A DNA stretch of 64,000 nucleotides from Naegleria gruberi (Eukaryota), in the NCBI GenBank assembly GCA_000004985.1, contig GG738850.1. One strand, given 5' to 3'. Shown here piece by piece: positions 46,708 to 57,545 of the stretch; position 1 is the stretch's first letter, and each line of letters opens with the position of its first letter. A program made the position numbers and the translations under genes. The notes under the pieces are model-generated. The model had not been told where the DNA came from and ran no database searches. It was given only the letters and a program-made list of their open reading frames with translations.

Positions 46708-47622
46708 ATGTTGTACGGTATTGGCACCTCACCTTCATACGGCACAACCTCCTCACAATATCAAGTCAGTTTTGACTCGATGAGTGAGAAGTTTAATGAA
46801 AACTTCCCGATCATTTTGCAACAACGTATTCATCCGCAAAATTTCTCTGAAACGATGAATCATTGTTCAAAGATTATGAAGGAACAAATGGCAAATATTC
46901 AAACCTCTAGATGGATGGGATTGTTGGTCTTTTTTGTTGTTTTCTTCTGTACTCTTGCATTGACTGGTATTCCATTGTTGGTTTATTTCTTGGCCTATGC
47001 TAATAATGATAATAGTGATCCGACTGGTGGTATTGTAAGTTGATTATTTGTTGATCTGATGATGAAATTAATTGAATTTAATATTGACTTTAATATTGAA
47101 ATAATGATGATGATGATTGTAATTTGATGAAATATAATATATTGTGGAAATTAGTGGGTATGGATTCTCTTCCCACTCTTGTATGTCTTTTTTATTATTG
47201 TCCTCATTATGTGGTCAGTTAGAAGAAGACGTCAAATCATCAATTCACATGCTCAATGTAAAACTGCTCTTACTAATTATTTGGAACATGAAAATCAAAC
47301 AATTTATAATAGAGCTGGAGTTCAATTAGTATTGAGATATGATACCAGAATTATTATGACAAATCGTTATACTATTGCTTTGACTTACAAGTATTTGATG
47401 GTATTGCCTTGTATTGATGTTTATATTGCTGGAAACACACCTGTTGTTGTTAATCAAATTCAACCTGTTATCCAACAACCTATTGTCCAACAACCAATTA
47501 TCACTCAACCAGTTACTTATGATCCAAATGCTTATGGTGGTTATCAACAAGCTACTACTGTTTACTCTCAACCAACTCATCAATATGAAAAGGTTGACAA
47601 TCCTAACCAACCATTATTGTAA
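46708..47622 (+). CDS. Small two-TM membrane protein with Q/P-rich C-terminal tail. Exons are 46708..47034 and 47155..47622, with a 120-bp intron.
   Basis: Exon 1 ends ...DPTGGI at a GTAAGT donor. The TTAG acceptor continues WVWILFPLLYVFFIIVLIMWSVRRRRQ... in frame with the downstream ORF. Confidence 0.6.
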
Positions 47623-47742
47623 ATTATTAATAATACATTTTTATTATTGATTTACAATTTTAGTAATTTTCCTTAAATATATGAAACCCAGATCTACGTA
47701 GATTCAACAGTATTGAAAAGGTGAAATTTCATTGTTAGAAAA

Positions 47743-50352
47743 ATGTTTGGAAATGAAACCGTTTCGAGTATGGAGGACATGAATGGCAGCTCAACCAACA
47801 AACCAACAGTCGCACAAGCATCATCATCAACTGATAAGAAGTTTTCAATTATTGTAACGAATGAGGAATCAAAAACCTCAACAGATGTGAATCTAATGGT
47901 GGATCCGCCACTTTATGAAATTGCAAATGAGAATAACCATCTACATACTACCAATATTGTCAACTCGAGAAGACCCTCTAATAACAGCACTACCTCATCA
48001 ATGATACATCCCATTCATGCCAAACCACATCCAATCTATGGCAGAAGGGATACCATCTTTACCTTTGATGAGGTAATCACTCATTTGCCAGAAGGAACTA
48101 ATCAAACTAATCAGCAGCAGCAACTGCCAAGCATTGAAGTGAATGAAAAGCAAAATCCCACACCAGGCAGCAACAATAGTGGGAATTTATTATTTGGATA
48201 TTGTGGGAGAGGAGTGAGGATTAGTCATGTACTATTAATTCTGTTCATCATTCAAGGATTGGTTGGATTGGTTCCATCCCTCATTCTCATGTACACGAGT
48301 GGAAATAGTATTTTGGAAAGAGTTTCTAAATTCCAGGCACAACAAACTCAAACCTATGTGAATTTTGAGATTAGTCGAATTGTTAATACTTCACAATTAG
48401 TCATTCAACATATCAGATTTGAGTTGGAGAATGGATTTACACTTTCAAACCTCACAGAAATGACTTTATTTGCAACTTATTTGAGGAATCTTTATGTGAA
48501 TAGATCTCCACTCACGGCTGTTCAATTTGGCATGTTTATGGATAATTATGTTGGTACATTAGATATTCCTCCAATTTATCCACCAGTAATTGAATATTTG
48601 AATGGGACTGGAGATTTATTGTATCACTATAGATTAGAAGAAGATAGCATCGAAAATCCCTTGCAAGATCGATACCTTTACAATGTTGAACCTTTCAGAT
48701 TCAAACCATCCCATAGACCTTGGTATGTGCCATTTACTCTCCCAAATGCAACAGAAAGAAGATGGTCAGAAATTTATGTTTCCACATTTGGACAGCTCTC
48801 TATCAATACTGCAATGCCTGTCTTTGTAAAGGAGAATATTACAGCTGCAGTATTGTCAGGGAAACCAATTGATCAGTTTAATTTTCAAATATGTGATTGT
48901 AACCACCCTGATCACTTGTATGGAGTATTTGGAGCTCTGTTCGCACTCAAAGGACTCAATTCATTCCTCAATGACACTTCAAGACCTTACAGCTTTATTA
49001 GTTACAGTTTTATTATGCAAAGAAATGGATCTGTCATTGCATCGAGTAGACATAACACGACCACATCCAGTAGCATTCTAGAAGAAGAGGAAGAGATTGA
49101 TCAAGTTGCAGCCTATATTATCAATCTAGGTCTATTCAAAAATAGTACAATTCCAGGTGAATGCACTTTCAAATTTAGAGGAAAGAATGTAGCCATAACA
49201 CCAGTCTATGATAATTATGGACTTTCTTGGGCTATTGTCATTGGATCTAAGGATGCAGATATTTTAAAAGAGCTACTATCGAGTGGAATGACTTCAGTTG
49301 TGGTTTTTATTGTCATTTTAGTTGCAGGATCCTTAGCATTATTTGTGACTGTACAGTTGTTTGCTCAGCCATTAAATAACGTGCACAGAAAGCTTTCTAA
49401 AATTTTGAGTGACAAGAATCTATCAAAGGATTTGTCAAATCCAAAAATTACAACTGCTGGACTGATTTTCTTTGATATTGGAGAAATGGAAAATGGAATT
49501 AATTCGCTCAAGAGAGGAGTTTCAGCATTTTCTAAATTTATTTCACCAACAATAATGAAAAAAGTTATTAGAAATGAACATTATTTGGATGTTGGAATGA
49601 TAATTCAAAACATGTCAATTTTGGTTTTAAGTATTAGTAATTTCTCTCAATTAGCAGAACAAACTGATATTTCTACATTTGTTTCATTAATGACTGATTA
49701 TTTTGGAAGTTTGACAAAGGTGATGGAAGATCATCGTGGATTAATTGACATGATTACAGGCGAAAGATTGCAAGTAGTGTGGAATGACTCATCCATGCCT
49801 GTTGAAGAACATGAAGTGAGAGCATGTAAAGCTGCAATGGAAGCTATAGAAGTTGTTGAAGAATTGAATAACACCTGGATAAAGGAGAAACATTTGGAGA
49901 TGGATTTTTCAGTGTGTATGAGTATTTCGAGTGGAAATATGATGTATGGTAGCATTGGAAGTGAGCATCGATTGAATTTCACAGCCATGGGAGATGATGT
50001 CAATATAGCAGTAAAGTTGGCAAATCTCAATCCACATTATGAGGCCGATATTCTCATTACTGAAAATACCTATCAACATGTAAAGAATGAATTTGTTTGT
50101 TACTTTGTGGACTATATAATATTGAATGGAAAGGAAAGTCCAACCATGATCTACAGTTTGGAATGTGAAAGAAGTGTTGCTAGTGACCTTCAGGTAAAAG
50201 TAGCAACAGATTTGGAATTGGCACGTAACTATTGGTTCCAAAACAATTATAGAGCCATGTACGATATTTGTGAAAGATTGAGTCTCATTTCTCATTCAAA
50301 AATAATTAATAATTTATTGTTAAAAGCAAAAAGAAAAATTACACATAATTAA
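47743..50352 (+). CDS. Receptor-type class III cyclase-homology-domain protein (TM, ~330-aa extracellular sensor region, TM, then cyclase homology domain). Catalytic residues look partly non-canonical.
   Basis: TMs VLLILFIIQGLVGLVPSLILMY and VVVFIVILVAGSLALFVTVQLF. CHD is ...MSILVLSISNFSQLAEQTDISTFVSLMTDYFGSLTKVMEDHRGLIDMITGERLQVVW...FSVCMSISSGNMMYGSIGSEHRLNFTAMGDDVNIAVKLANL...ILITENTY. By eye, metal Asp1 is replaced by Ser, Asp2 by Glu, and the transition-state Arg by Lys; the Asn is kept. Confidence 0.65.
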   Translation: MFGNETVSSMEDMNGSSTNKPTVAQASSSTDKKFSIIVTNEESKTSTDVNLMVDPPLYEIANENNHLHTTNIVNSRRPSNNSTTSSMIHPIHAKPHPIYGRRDTIFTFDEVITHLPEGTNQTNQQQQLPSIEVNEKQNPTPGSNNSGNLLFGYCGRGVRISHVLLILFIIQGLVGLVPSLILMYTSGNSILERVSKFQAQQTQTYVNFEISRIVNTSQLVIQHIRFELENGFTLSNLTEMTLFATYLRNLYVNRSPLTAVQFGMFMDNYVGTLDIPPIYPPVIEYLNGTGDLLYHYRLEEDSIENPLQDRYLYNVEPFRFKPSHRPWYVPFTLPNATERRWSEIYVSTFGQLSINTAMPVFVKENITAAVLSGKPIDQFNFQICDCNHPDHLYGVFGALFALKGLNSFLNDTSRPYSFISYSFIMQRNGSVIASSRHNTTTSSSILEEEEEIDQVAAYIINLGLFKNSTIPGECTFKFRGKNVAITPVYDNYGLSWAIVIGSKDADILKELLSSGMTSVVVFIVILVAGSLALFVTVQLFAQPLNNVHRKLSKILSDKNLSKDLSNPKITTAGLIFFDIGEMENGINSLKRGVSAFSKFISPTIMKKVIRNEHYLDVGMIIQNMSILVLSISNFSQLAEQTDISTFVSLMTDYFGSLTKVMEDHRGLIDMITGERLQVVWNDSSMPVEEHEVRACKAAMEAIEVVEELNNTWIKEKHLEMDFSVCMSISSGNMMYGSIGSEHRLNFTAMGDDVNIAVKLANLNPHYEADILITENTYQHVKNEFVCYFVDYIILNGKESPTMIYSLECERSVASDLQVKVATDLELARNYWFQNNYRAMYDICERLSLISHSKIINNLLLKAKRKITHN

Positions 50353-51383
50353 ACCTTATTAGATTTGGAAAGTAGTGTTTGATTTTCATGAGATTCTTCC
50401 TCAGAACCATACGATAACTCAGAGTCATCTGTGTGATGGTTATTGTTACTGGTACTGTATTGAGAAGATACAGGACGACGAGCCATTTGAATATCCATCT
50501 TTCCAATTCTATTTCTTTCTTGTTCAAATTTCTTCTCAGCACGATATGCATTCACATTATCAACAATGGCCTTGATGAGCAGGGAAATCAACATGATAGC
50601 AATAATGGGTCCAAACATTGTAACCATAGCAACTGGAACATTAGGATTATGAATGGTTGTCTTGCAATATTGGAAAATCATATTGGTTGCAGTGAATCCA
50701 GGAGTAAATGTTTGCATACTTTTCAGTTCAGCACCATTCTTGAATAGAATTGTTGTTTCAGGACCTTCGGAACTTGATTTAGCTGATCCACCTCCAAAAG
50801 TTTTGACATTTGAAAGTAAACTTGTTGGATAAATGACTGAAACTGAAATGTCCTTAATTACTTGAGCAGGATCATTGCCTACAGACCATAGGAATTTTGT
50901 TGAATTTTTAAACGAGAAGAAAGGTCCTCTAATCGAATATTTGTATTCGATTGTAAAAATTTGCATAGTATCAACTTGTTTTGAAAAATCTATCTGAATG
51001 TAGTGATTCTTGCTGTTTGTTGTCGATTTATACACGTCAACATCAACTATTTTGTTACTTGTTGTTGAGACTATTATTGCCGAAACTTGTTCCACATTAT
51101 TTCCAAATGGCATACCCACAGGCAGATTTCTAGTAATTGTCTTGGTTTTACTATCAAAAATATAAGAAACTCTTTCTGTTACTTTCGCAACACACAACAA
51201 ATCACTATTCAATTTAATTTCGGATTCAAATTTTGTTATTGAATAATCTTGTTGTGTAGAATCTTGTACGAAAAGTAAAATAATTACTAGTATAATACAA
51301 AGAGAGAGAAAACCTCTTGTTCTTCCAATGATCCGATCATCATATTTTGAAAAATGTCGTCCCCTGATGATGATTGTAGACAT
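50349..51383 (-). CDS. Hypothetical type I membrane protein (signal/anchor, ~250-aa ectodomain, TM, acidic/S-rich tail).
   Basis: 344-aa ORF. FLSLCIILVIILLFV near the N-terminus and VAMVTMFGPIIAIMLISLLIKAI near the C-terminus. Convergent with the cyclase-like gene, overlapping it by 4 bp. Confidence 0.5.
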   Translation of the reverse strand: MSTIIIRGRHFSKYDDRIIGRTRGFLSLCIILVIILLFVQDSTQQDYSITKFESEIKLNSDLLCVAKVTERVSYIFDSKTKTITRNLPVGMPFGNNVEQVSAIIVSTTSNKIVDVDVYKSTTNSKNHYIQIDFSKQVDTMQIFTIEYKYSIRGPFFSFKNSTKFLWSVGNDPAQVIKDISVSVIYPTSLLSNVKTFGGGSAKSSSEGPETTILFKNGAELKSMQTFTPGFTATNMIFQYCKTTIHNPNVPVAMVTMFGPIIAIMLISLLIKAIVDNVNAYRAEKKFEQERNRIGKMDIQMARRPVSSQYSTSNNNHHTDDSELSYGSEEESHENQTLLSKSNKV

Positions 51384-51834
51384 TTTTTTAAAATGATGAA
51401 ATTTCAGTGACTTGTCCTGACATGATTTTTGGAGGTAATTTGATGAAAAACTCTCAAATCACTCCTCATTAGTCAGTTGGTAATTTTGGCTACAATGCGA
51501 ATATCAAATTTAATTCATCATGTTTTTATTAATATTAAACTGAATTGTAGTGTAAAGTGTTGTTTTTGTTGGATGGTGCTACAATAATAATCAAATATTT
51601 TCATCATCAAATGATTATTATTATTTTAATTAAAAAATTAAATATTTTAATCATCGGGATGAAATAATCAATCAAACGATAAATTGATCAAACCTCATAT
51701 CCGTGAAAGACAAATCAAGTCCAAATAAGAACAATGGATATGCGTTCTTCACAGCTTCAACCTTTGAAAAAAACAAGACGATTTGCTTGCTGAAAATCTT
51801 CTTTGCTCACGGAATCTTTAATTTATTATTTATT

Positions 51835-52597
51835 ATGGCATCACATTGGCAACAATATATTGAAAGGTAAGGAATATTTGAATTCTATGATGATGGATGA
51901 ATATTGTAAAATTATTACAAAATATTTAATATAATATTATAGTAATATTGTAAAATCTAGGTTTTTTACTCATGGAGCAATACACGGACTGAATGGAGCT
52001 AAATGGGCACAATCAGATGGATTGGAAATTACTAAAAAACAAGTGAAGGAATTGTTAAAGATTTTACAAGATGAAAAGTTGTCATCACCACGATTGATTA
52101 ATAGTTTGGTTTCGAATTCACAAGCACTTACTAATGTATCAGAGAAATCTTCCATCTTTTCAAATTCAGGTGATTTATCATTAGTGGTGGAAAATGATGA
52201 ATTGAAACGAAAATTATCAAATCTGTCACAGATCAGTACATCACTGGGTAATGTGGGATTGGAAATTAATTTCAATGGAAATCAAATGTTTAGAGTTGTA
52301 AATGTTGACAAGTATTGTGCCTTATTAGCTTGTTGGAATTTTGGAGATTCGGATAATGCTTCGTCAATTCCATTTTGTAAAGTATTTAATGTAGAAAAGG
52401 GAGAGTTCTTAATACCTCCAACTCATGTATTTTATTGTGTAACCACTAGTATGTGTATTCTGATAGGTTTGGTGAATAATTCATGTGTATTACCAGAAGA
52501 TCATCATAATAATCAAGCCATAGAATTGACAAATTTTGATGTGGCTATGAAAACATTGGACAAGTTTGCAGATTACTTATTGGAATCTGGGTACTAA
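51835..52597 (+). CDS. Profilin-like protein (long form, ~222 aa). Exons are 51835..51866 and 51961..52597, with a 94-bp intron.
   Basis: MASHWQQYIER|FFTHGAIHGLNGAKWAQSDGLE resembles the profilin N-terminus (MSWQxYVD...G...WAQS). The C-terminus ...MKTLDKFADYLLESGY resembles the profilin C-terminal helix (...LGDYLLEQGL). GTAAGG donor, CTAG acceptor, phase 2 consistent. Confidence 0.5.
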
Positions 52598-53101
52598 AAC
52601 AATTTGGTACACTACTAGGAAACTAATTTATTAAAACGACAATTATTTGTTGTAGTTTGATGCAAGATCACATTAGGTTTTTTAGCAATTACAATAATTA
52701 CAATGTATTGTGTCCAAGAATTCTAATGGACAACCACGGTTGATTTTTACTAACACTTAAAGATCTAGATTACTCCCTCTGTCCAGAGCTGCCTGCATAG
52801 CACATTCACTGTCAGTTTTCAATTGTTGATGGTATTTATTGTTCGAATATGGCAGGGCATTCAAAAATTGTAATTTGACGATTCGAAGGGTCCTTTAGAA
52901 AGTCTTATCCATCAAGAAAAAAACGAGAAAAGATCTGTCACAAGGTTTTGCTTATCAACCATATCACAAGCAGTACAGTCGAAATTTTCACAACTGTAGG
53001 TTGGCCAACCATGATTTTTTGTTGTTAATAATATTTGATGGTTTCTTTCGGATATAATTTGACAATGTGGATATTGACAATCTCTCTTCATGGATTAACA
53101 G

Positions 53102-54586
53102 TTGGAAATGATGAGAACACCATCATCTCCACCGACCAACAGCAACTCACCACAACAAGCTAGTATTCTTCTCAACAACAATATTTCTACAAATGTTTCC
53201 TCTTCGAATAAGAAAGTTACTATTTCATCATCAGCAGAGCCAATAGCAATGAACCAATCACAAGTTAATCTTGCCAATCCGAGTGAAAGTGGCAAGTCAG
53301 GAAGTTCGTTTAGTCAAAGTAAGATTACATTTCGTACATGTTGTGGTGTAATTGAGCTGACTTCTATGAAGTTGGCTTGTTTATTTGGAATGTTAGTCAC
53401 TGTTATTGGATTATTAGTTTTGGCTGGTGTTGCAGTTGCAGCCTTTATTACTGCAACTTCCAAGTCGACTGAAATTTTAATTTCTGTTGGCAGAGTTACT
53501 TCACAATTCGAAGGTGCTAATGCCATAATTGTCAGATATGTTTTCGCAGGAACAGCTGAAACATATTCAACAACTTTGGCTACTTATAAGAAATCCTATC
53601 TTGCTCTTCAACAAAATTTGACAAACATTCTGGCAAATCTTAATGATCCTCAAATAGAGACAATTTTCAATTCCACAGCCATAACTGCTGTAAATAATGT
53701 GGATTCCCTAAACACTATGATGATGTATATGGCTGGTGGAGTAACTAACACTCAGCGATCTGATGCAATTGAAAAACTCAATAGTGAAGTTTACAAAAAT
53801 TATTTTACTACTTTCCGTTCAGGTTTGGATGAATTAGTGACCTATGTGCAAGAAAAGGAACAGGTAAAAGATCAGAATATTTTGGCAATCACATTGGTGC
53901 AGCTCATTATTATTGTACTTTCATTATTTGTCATTTTGCCTATCATTATATTTGTGTTTACATATGCCATTAATCGTGACTCGTTATATTTGGAAAAGAT
54001 TCGTCGTGCTAATGCAGTCATGTTGATGGATACAATTGAGGATGAAGGTTTGAGAGCTCTTTTCAAGGTTCATTGTGAAAAGGAAAAGTCGAGTGAAAAT
54101 TTCCTACTCCTTGAAAAGATTCAATATTATCGTTCTTTGTGTGAACGTTCTATAGATTTACAAATGAGATTATTTGGTCAGGATGCCGCTATAAGTGATG
54201 CTCTGAGTGATATTTCGGCAGATTCATCTCACTCCTCAAAGAAAAAGAAGGAATCTCCATTAGAAAGAGAATATAACGAATTGGAGGCAAAGAAGTATGA
54301 AGTTGCTTTTGAAATATTTACTGAATTTTTGGAAGTAACTGGTGATATGGCTGTCAATGTTTCAAAGGTTCTTACAGATTTTGTGAAGGATAAACTTGAC
54401 AAGTTCAATGACAAACAAATTGATACCCTGCCAGAGGACATGTTTGATATTTTAGGAAAAGAAACATGTCTTGTCATGATGGATACTCACCATAGATTCA
54501 AACAATCTCTTGCATTCCAACGTGAAATGAAGATTGACAAGATAAAGGTAGACCAGATAAAAAAGAAAAGGAATATAGAATTTTAA
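53102..54586 (+). CDS. Two-TM sensor-like protein with C-terminal RGS domain (TM, ~170-aa extracellular helical region, TM, RGS).
   Basis: TM1 LACLFGMLVTVIGLLVLAGVAVAAFITA. TM2 ILAITLVQLIIIVLSLFVILPIIIFVFTYAI. RGS is LMDTIEDEGLRALFKVHCEKEKSSENFLLLEKIQYYRSL ... YEVAFEIFTEFLEVTGDMAVNVSKVLTDFV...LVMMDTHHRFKQS. Confidence 0.65.
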   Translation: MEMMRTPSSPPTNSNSPQQASILLNNNISTNVSSSNKKVTISSSAEPIAMNQSQVNLANPSESGKSGSSFSQSKITFRTCCGVIELTSMKLACLFGMLVTVIGLLVLAGVAVAAFITATSKSTEILISVGRVTSQFEGANAIIVRYVFAGTAETYSTTLATYKKSYLALQQNLTNILANLNDPQIETIFNSTAITAVNNVDSLNTMMMYMAGGVTNTQRSDAIEKLNSEVYKNYFTTFRSGLDELVTYVQEKEQVKDQNILAITLVQLIIIVLSLFVILPIIIFVFTYAINRDSLYLEKIRRANAVMLMDTIEDEGLRALFKVHCEKEKSSENFLLLEKIQYYRSLCERSIDLQMRLFGQDAAISDALSDISADSSHSSKKKKESPLEREYNELEAKKYEVAFEIFTEFLEVTGDMAVNVSKVLTDFVKDKLDKFNDKQIDTLPEDMFDILGKETCLVMMDTHHRFKQSLAFQREMKIDKIKVDQIKKKRNIEF

Positions 54587-54645
54587 AGAAATTATTAGTT
54601 GTACAAATTTAGAGCTAGGAGTTTTGATAAATCAATTGACCATAA

Positions 54646-55536
54646 TTAATTAATTCTAGTTTCATTATGAAGTTCTCTCAGTGCATCCCACCAATTTGTA
54701 AATGGTGTATCCATCTTGTCAGCATTGAATTGAGGAATATTATCCTTGATTATTTTTTGCATATGATTAAACATGATTTGATTTCCAAGAGGAGACATGT
54801 GAAGCCCATCACTGAAAGGATGTCCAGTTGTCCACTCATGCATATCAGTCCACAAATCACACAAGTATACATTTCCTCTTTGGTCATTATTATTTCCACT
54901 TGTAACAATTTCTCTAACAGCTTGAGCATACATGGCAGTGTGCTTGTTATCTCTGAAACCTCCTTGAGGTCCAGAAGTTTGATTCCATTGAGTTGCATTC
55001 ATTGGTGGTGGAGTGGTGAGAATAATGTCAATTCTTGATGACACCATTTTCTTCTTCATAATTGAAATCATTTCCTTAATATTCTCAGTGTATCTCTCCA
55101 CAGGAACGTGTTGTTGTGTTGGAGAGTCTGCGAAACAAGCATCATTAGCTCCCATAGTAAAGATGACCAAAACTGGTTGATTCCAACTCTGGGTTGGTTG
55201 TAAAAATGTCTGTTCAAAATCATTCTCCATAATATTCACCAAAAGGTCAGTATTCCATCCAGAAAATCCACGATTAATAATATCTACCATATTAATATAC
55301 CATCCCAAGAATAAATGTTGAAAACCGTTCGGTAATGATGAAAATTGAGTAATCGAATCACCAACAATATACAACATTGGACGATCCCTAACAAAATGAT
55401 AATCCTTTGATGTTACTATTGTTGATGGTTTGACCTTTCCGATGTGAATCGCACCAATGCATGGTTGAAAATTCATCATCATGATGATCATCAACAGTGC
55501 TGTTATTACTAACATAAAACTCTTCAGTTGTTGCAT
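54646..55536 (-). CDS. Secreted SGNH/GDSL hydrolase, IAH1-like esterase.
   Basis: Signal peptide. Block I LYIVGDSITQFS. Block II RGFSGWNT. Block III FTMGANDA. Block V DGLHMSPLGNQIM. Confidence 0.8.
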   Translation of the reverse strand: MQQLKSFMLVITALLMIIMMMNFQPCIGAIHIGKVKPSTIVTSKDYHFVRDRPMLYIVGDSITQFSSLPNGFQHLFLGWYINMVDIINRGFSGWNTDLLVNIMENDFEQTFLQPTQSWNQPVLVIFTMGANDACFADSPTQQHVPVERYTENIKEMISIMKKKMVSSRIDIILTTPPPMNATQWNQTSGPQGGFRDNKHTAMYAQAVREIVTSGNNNDQRGNVYLCDLWTDMHEWTTGHPFSDGLHMSPLGNQIMFNHMQKIIKDNIPQFNADKMDTPFTNWWDALRELHNETRIN

Positions 55537-56102
55537 TTTTTTTGTCGTATTGTAATTTTGTAAAAAAAAAACCTTTTGGCTTAATGGAGAAAATTCGGGG
55601 AATTCATTGTTGCAAATAATTCCTTATTAATATTTGGAGGTTAATTTAATAACAAAAAAATGGCGAAAAGTCAAGTCAGGAGTACATCATGCCTCTGTTG
55701 ATTCTTGGTGTAATTTCACATCTATTAACTCCAAGAATTTCACCACATCATCTCATCATGATTTAAATAATAGTATTAATAGTAATTTTTGGAATTCAAT
55801 CCTTCAATCATGATTTGAAATAATGTTATTTTTTGGAAAAATTCAAGTTGGTACATCATCATAGGAACAACCAACCATCATCATTGTTATTTATCATACA
55901 CCATTATAATAGCAATATTTGTGGAAATAAATCTGATAATAGTAATATTTTAGTGAAATTTAATATTTTCACTAAAATCATCACAGCCAATCTTCTTAAA
56001 CATTAAACTTTTGTCCATTCCATAAACATTCGGAATGAATTCAACATCTTTTCCCTTAAAACCAGCTAATTTTACAATCTTCATTAAGGAACCTTAAAAA
56101 AA

Positions 56103-57386
56103 ATGAGATTCGTCAGAGAGCGTCTTGAAGTCGTTACCTGTTACATTCCTTTCAATGGTGAGGCGGTTGGTGATAACACTTCTCAAAGTTTACAGAAGAC
56201 TCCTGGTAAGAACCATTATCCATCCAATGCTTGCTTTAACGTTTTTTGGTATCAACAACCAACATGGACACCACCTTTCTGCAAGTATCTAATAGAATAT
56301 TATGATACTCTCAAATCATTACCAAGTGCTTCGGAAGGTGCTAGTGCTGTTGTTAGATTAAGTTCCACGAGGCAAACTGGTAACAACTCTTTTGTTCGAA
56401 GTTCAGGCTCTGGATTTTACCTTCTTCCCAACACAATTATTACAACTAGTCATGTTGAAGCTGAACTTGAGAGAATTGGTGGTAAAATAACTGCATTCAG
56501 CAATGCATGGAACAATAGCAATTCAACAATTTTGCCTACCAGGATCAGAACCTTGCATTCTGGGAAAACTATCAAAGATTCCCAATTGGGTAATTTATTT
56601 CCGGTCACTTATAGTTGGGTTGGAAGAGATCCTATCACTACCAAAGTAGGAGACTTTGATTACTTTGATGTCACCGCAATGGACTTTACTACTGGTTCTC
56701 TTGGTAATAAGGTTTTTTTCATTCCTTCTCCAAGAATTTTGCAACCTAATGATGAAATTATTTCTCTTTCTTATCCAGGAGACAAGCATCAACAACCTCC
56801 TTATTCTAGTAGCCTTACTTATGTTGATTGGGCTCCAAGTGAATCCTTTTTGAAGGACAATATCTTTAATGGCTACGGAAAGTTATGTGCAAGTGTTGGG
56901 ACGATTATGCACCCATACAAATTGTCAGAAAATGGATTTGTAGAAAAAGATGAAAACTTTCGTTACGATTCGTCTAATCAAGAATGTTTGGCAAGCTCTG
57001 AATGCTTAATATATGGAAGTTCTGGTGGTGTTATGATTTCAAAATTCTCACAAGTGTATCAAATTGGAGAGTATACATTAGTTGAGTTTAATGCTATCCA
57101 CACTGGTGGAGAGTTTGTTCGATGTTCAGATTGTTTGAAAGAAAGTTCATCTGCTTACATAATTTCTCCACCAGATTCTTGGAGATTGTGTGGAACTTGT
57201 GTTAATAATGTAAACATTTCTTTCAATAATGCAATTACATACTCTACAAGTATTTCAGTTCATTCAAAGCCATTTGTTGAATTTTATTCAAGTGTTATTC
57301 TTCCACAACTTTGTAAACTTCCACTCACAACAATTCCTGATTCACTTATTGAATACTGTCAAATGCATCAAATTAATATCAAATAA
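56103..57386 (+). CDS. Trypsin-like (chymotrypsin-fold) serine peptidase domain protein.
   Basis: His region NTIITTSHV. Candidate Asp DFDYFDVTAMDF. Ser region IYGSSGGVMIS (GDSGG-like). Confidence 0.5.
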   Translation: MRFVRERLEVVTCYIPFNGEAVGDNTSQSLQKTPGKNHYPSNACFNVFWYQQPTWTPPFCKYLIEYYDTLKSLPSASEGASAVVRLSSTRQTGNNSFVRSSGSGFYLLPNTIITTSHVEAELERIGGKITAFSNAWNNSNSTILPTRIRTLHSGKTIKDSQLGNLFPVTYSWVGRDPITTKVGDFDYFDVTAMDFTTGSLGNKVFFIPSPRILQPNDEIISLSYPGDKHQQPPYSSSLTYVDWAPSESFLKDNIFNGYGKLCASVGTIMHPYKLSENGFVEKDENFRYDSSNQECLASSECLIYGSSGGVMISKFSQVYQIGEYTLVEFNAIHTGGEFVRCSDCLKESSSAYIISPPDSWRLCGTCVNNVNISFNNAITYSTSISVHSKPFVEFYSSVILPQLCKLPLTTIPDSLIEYCQMHQINIK

Positions 57387-57545
57387 ATAAACATATTTTA
57401 AAGCTCTCAAAGACAATTCCGAACAATACTTTAGGATCCACATAGCATTGTTTCTTGTGGCAATACAAACAGAGAGGAATCATTTTTTAATTAATAATTC
57501 GAAATGTTTAGTTTATAATTGTTAAAAGTGGAATCTAAGAATAAA

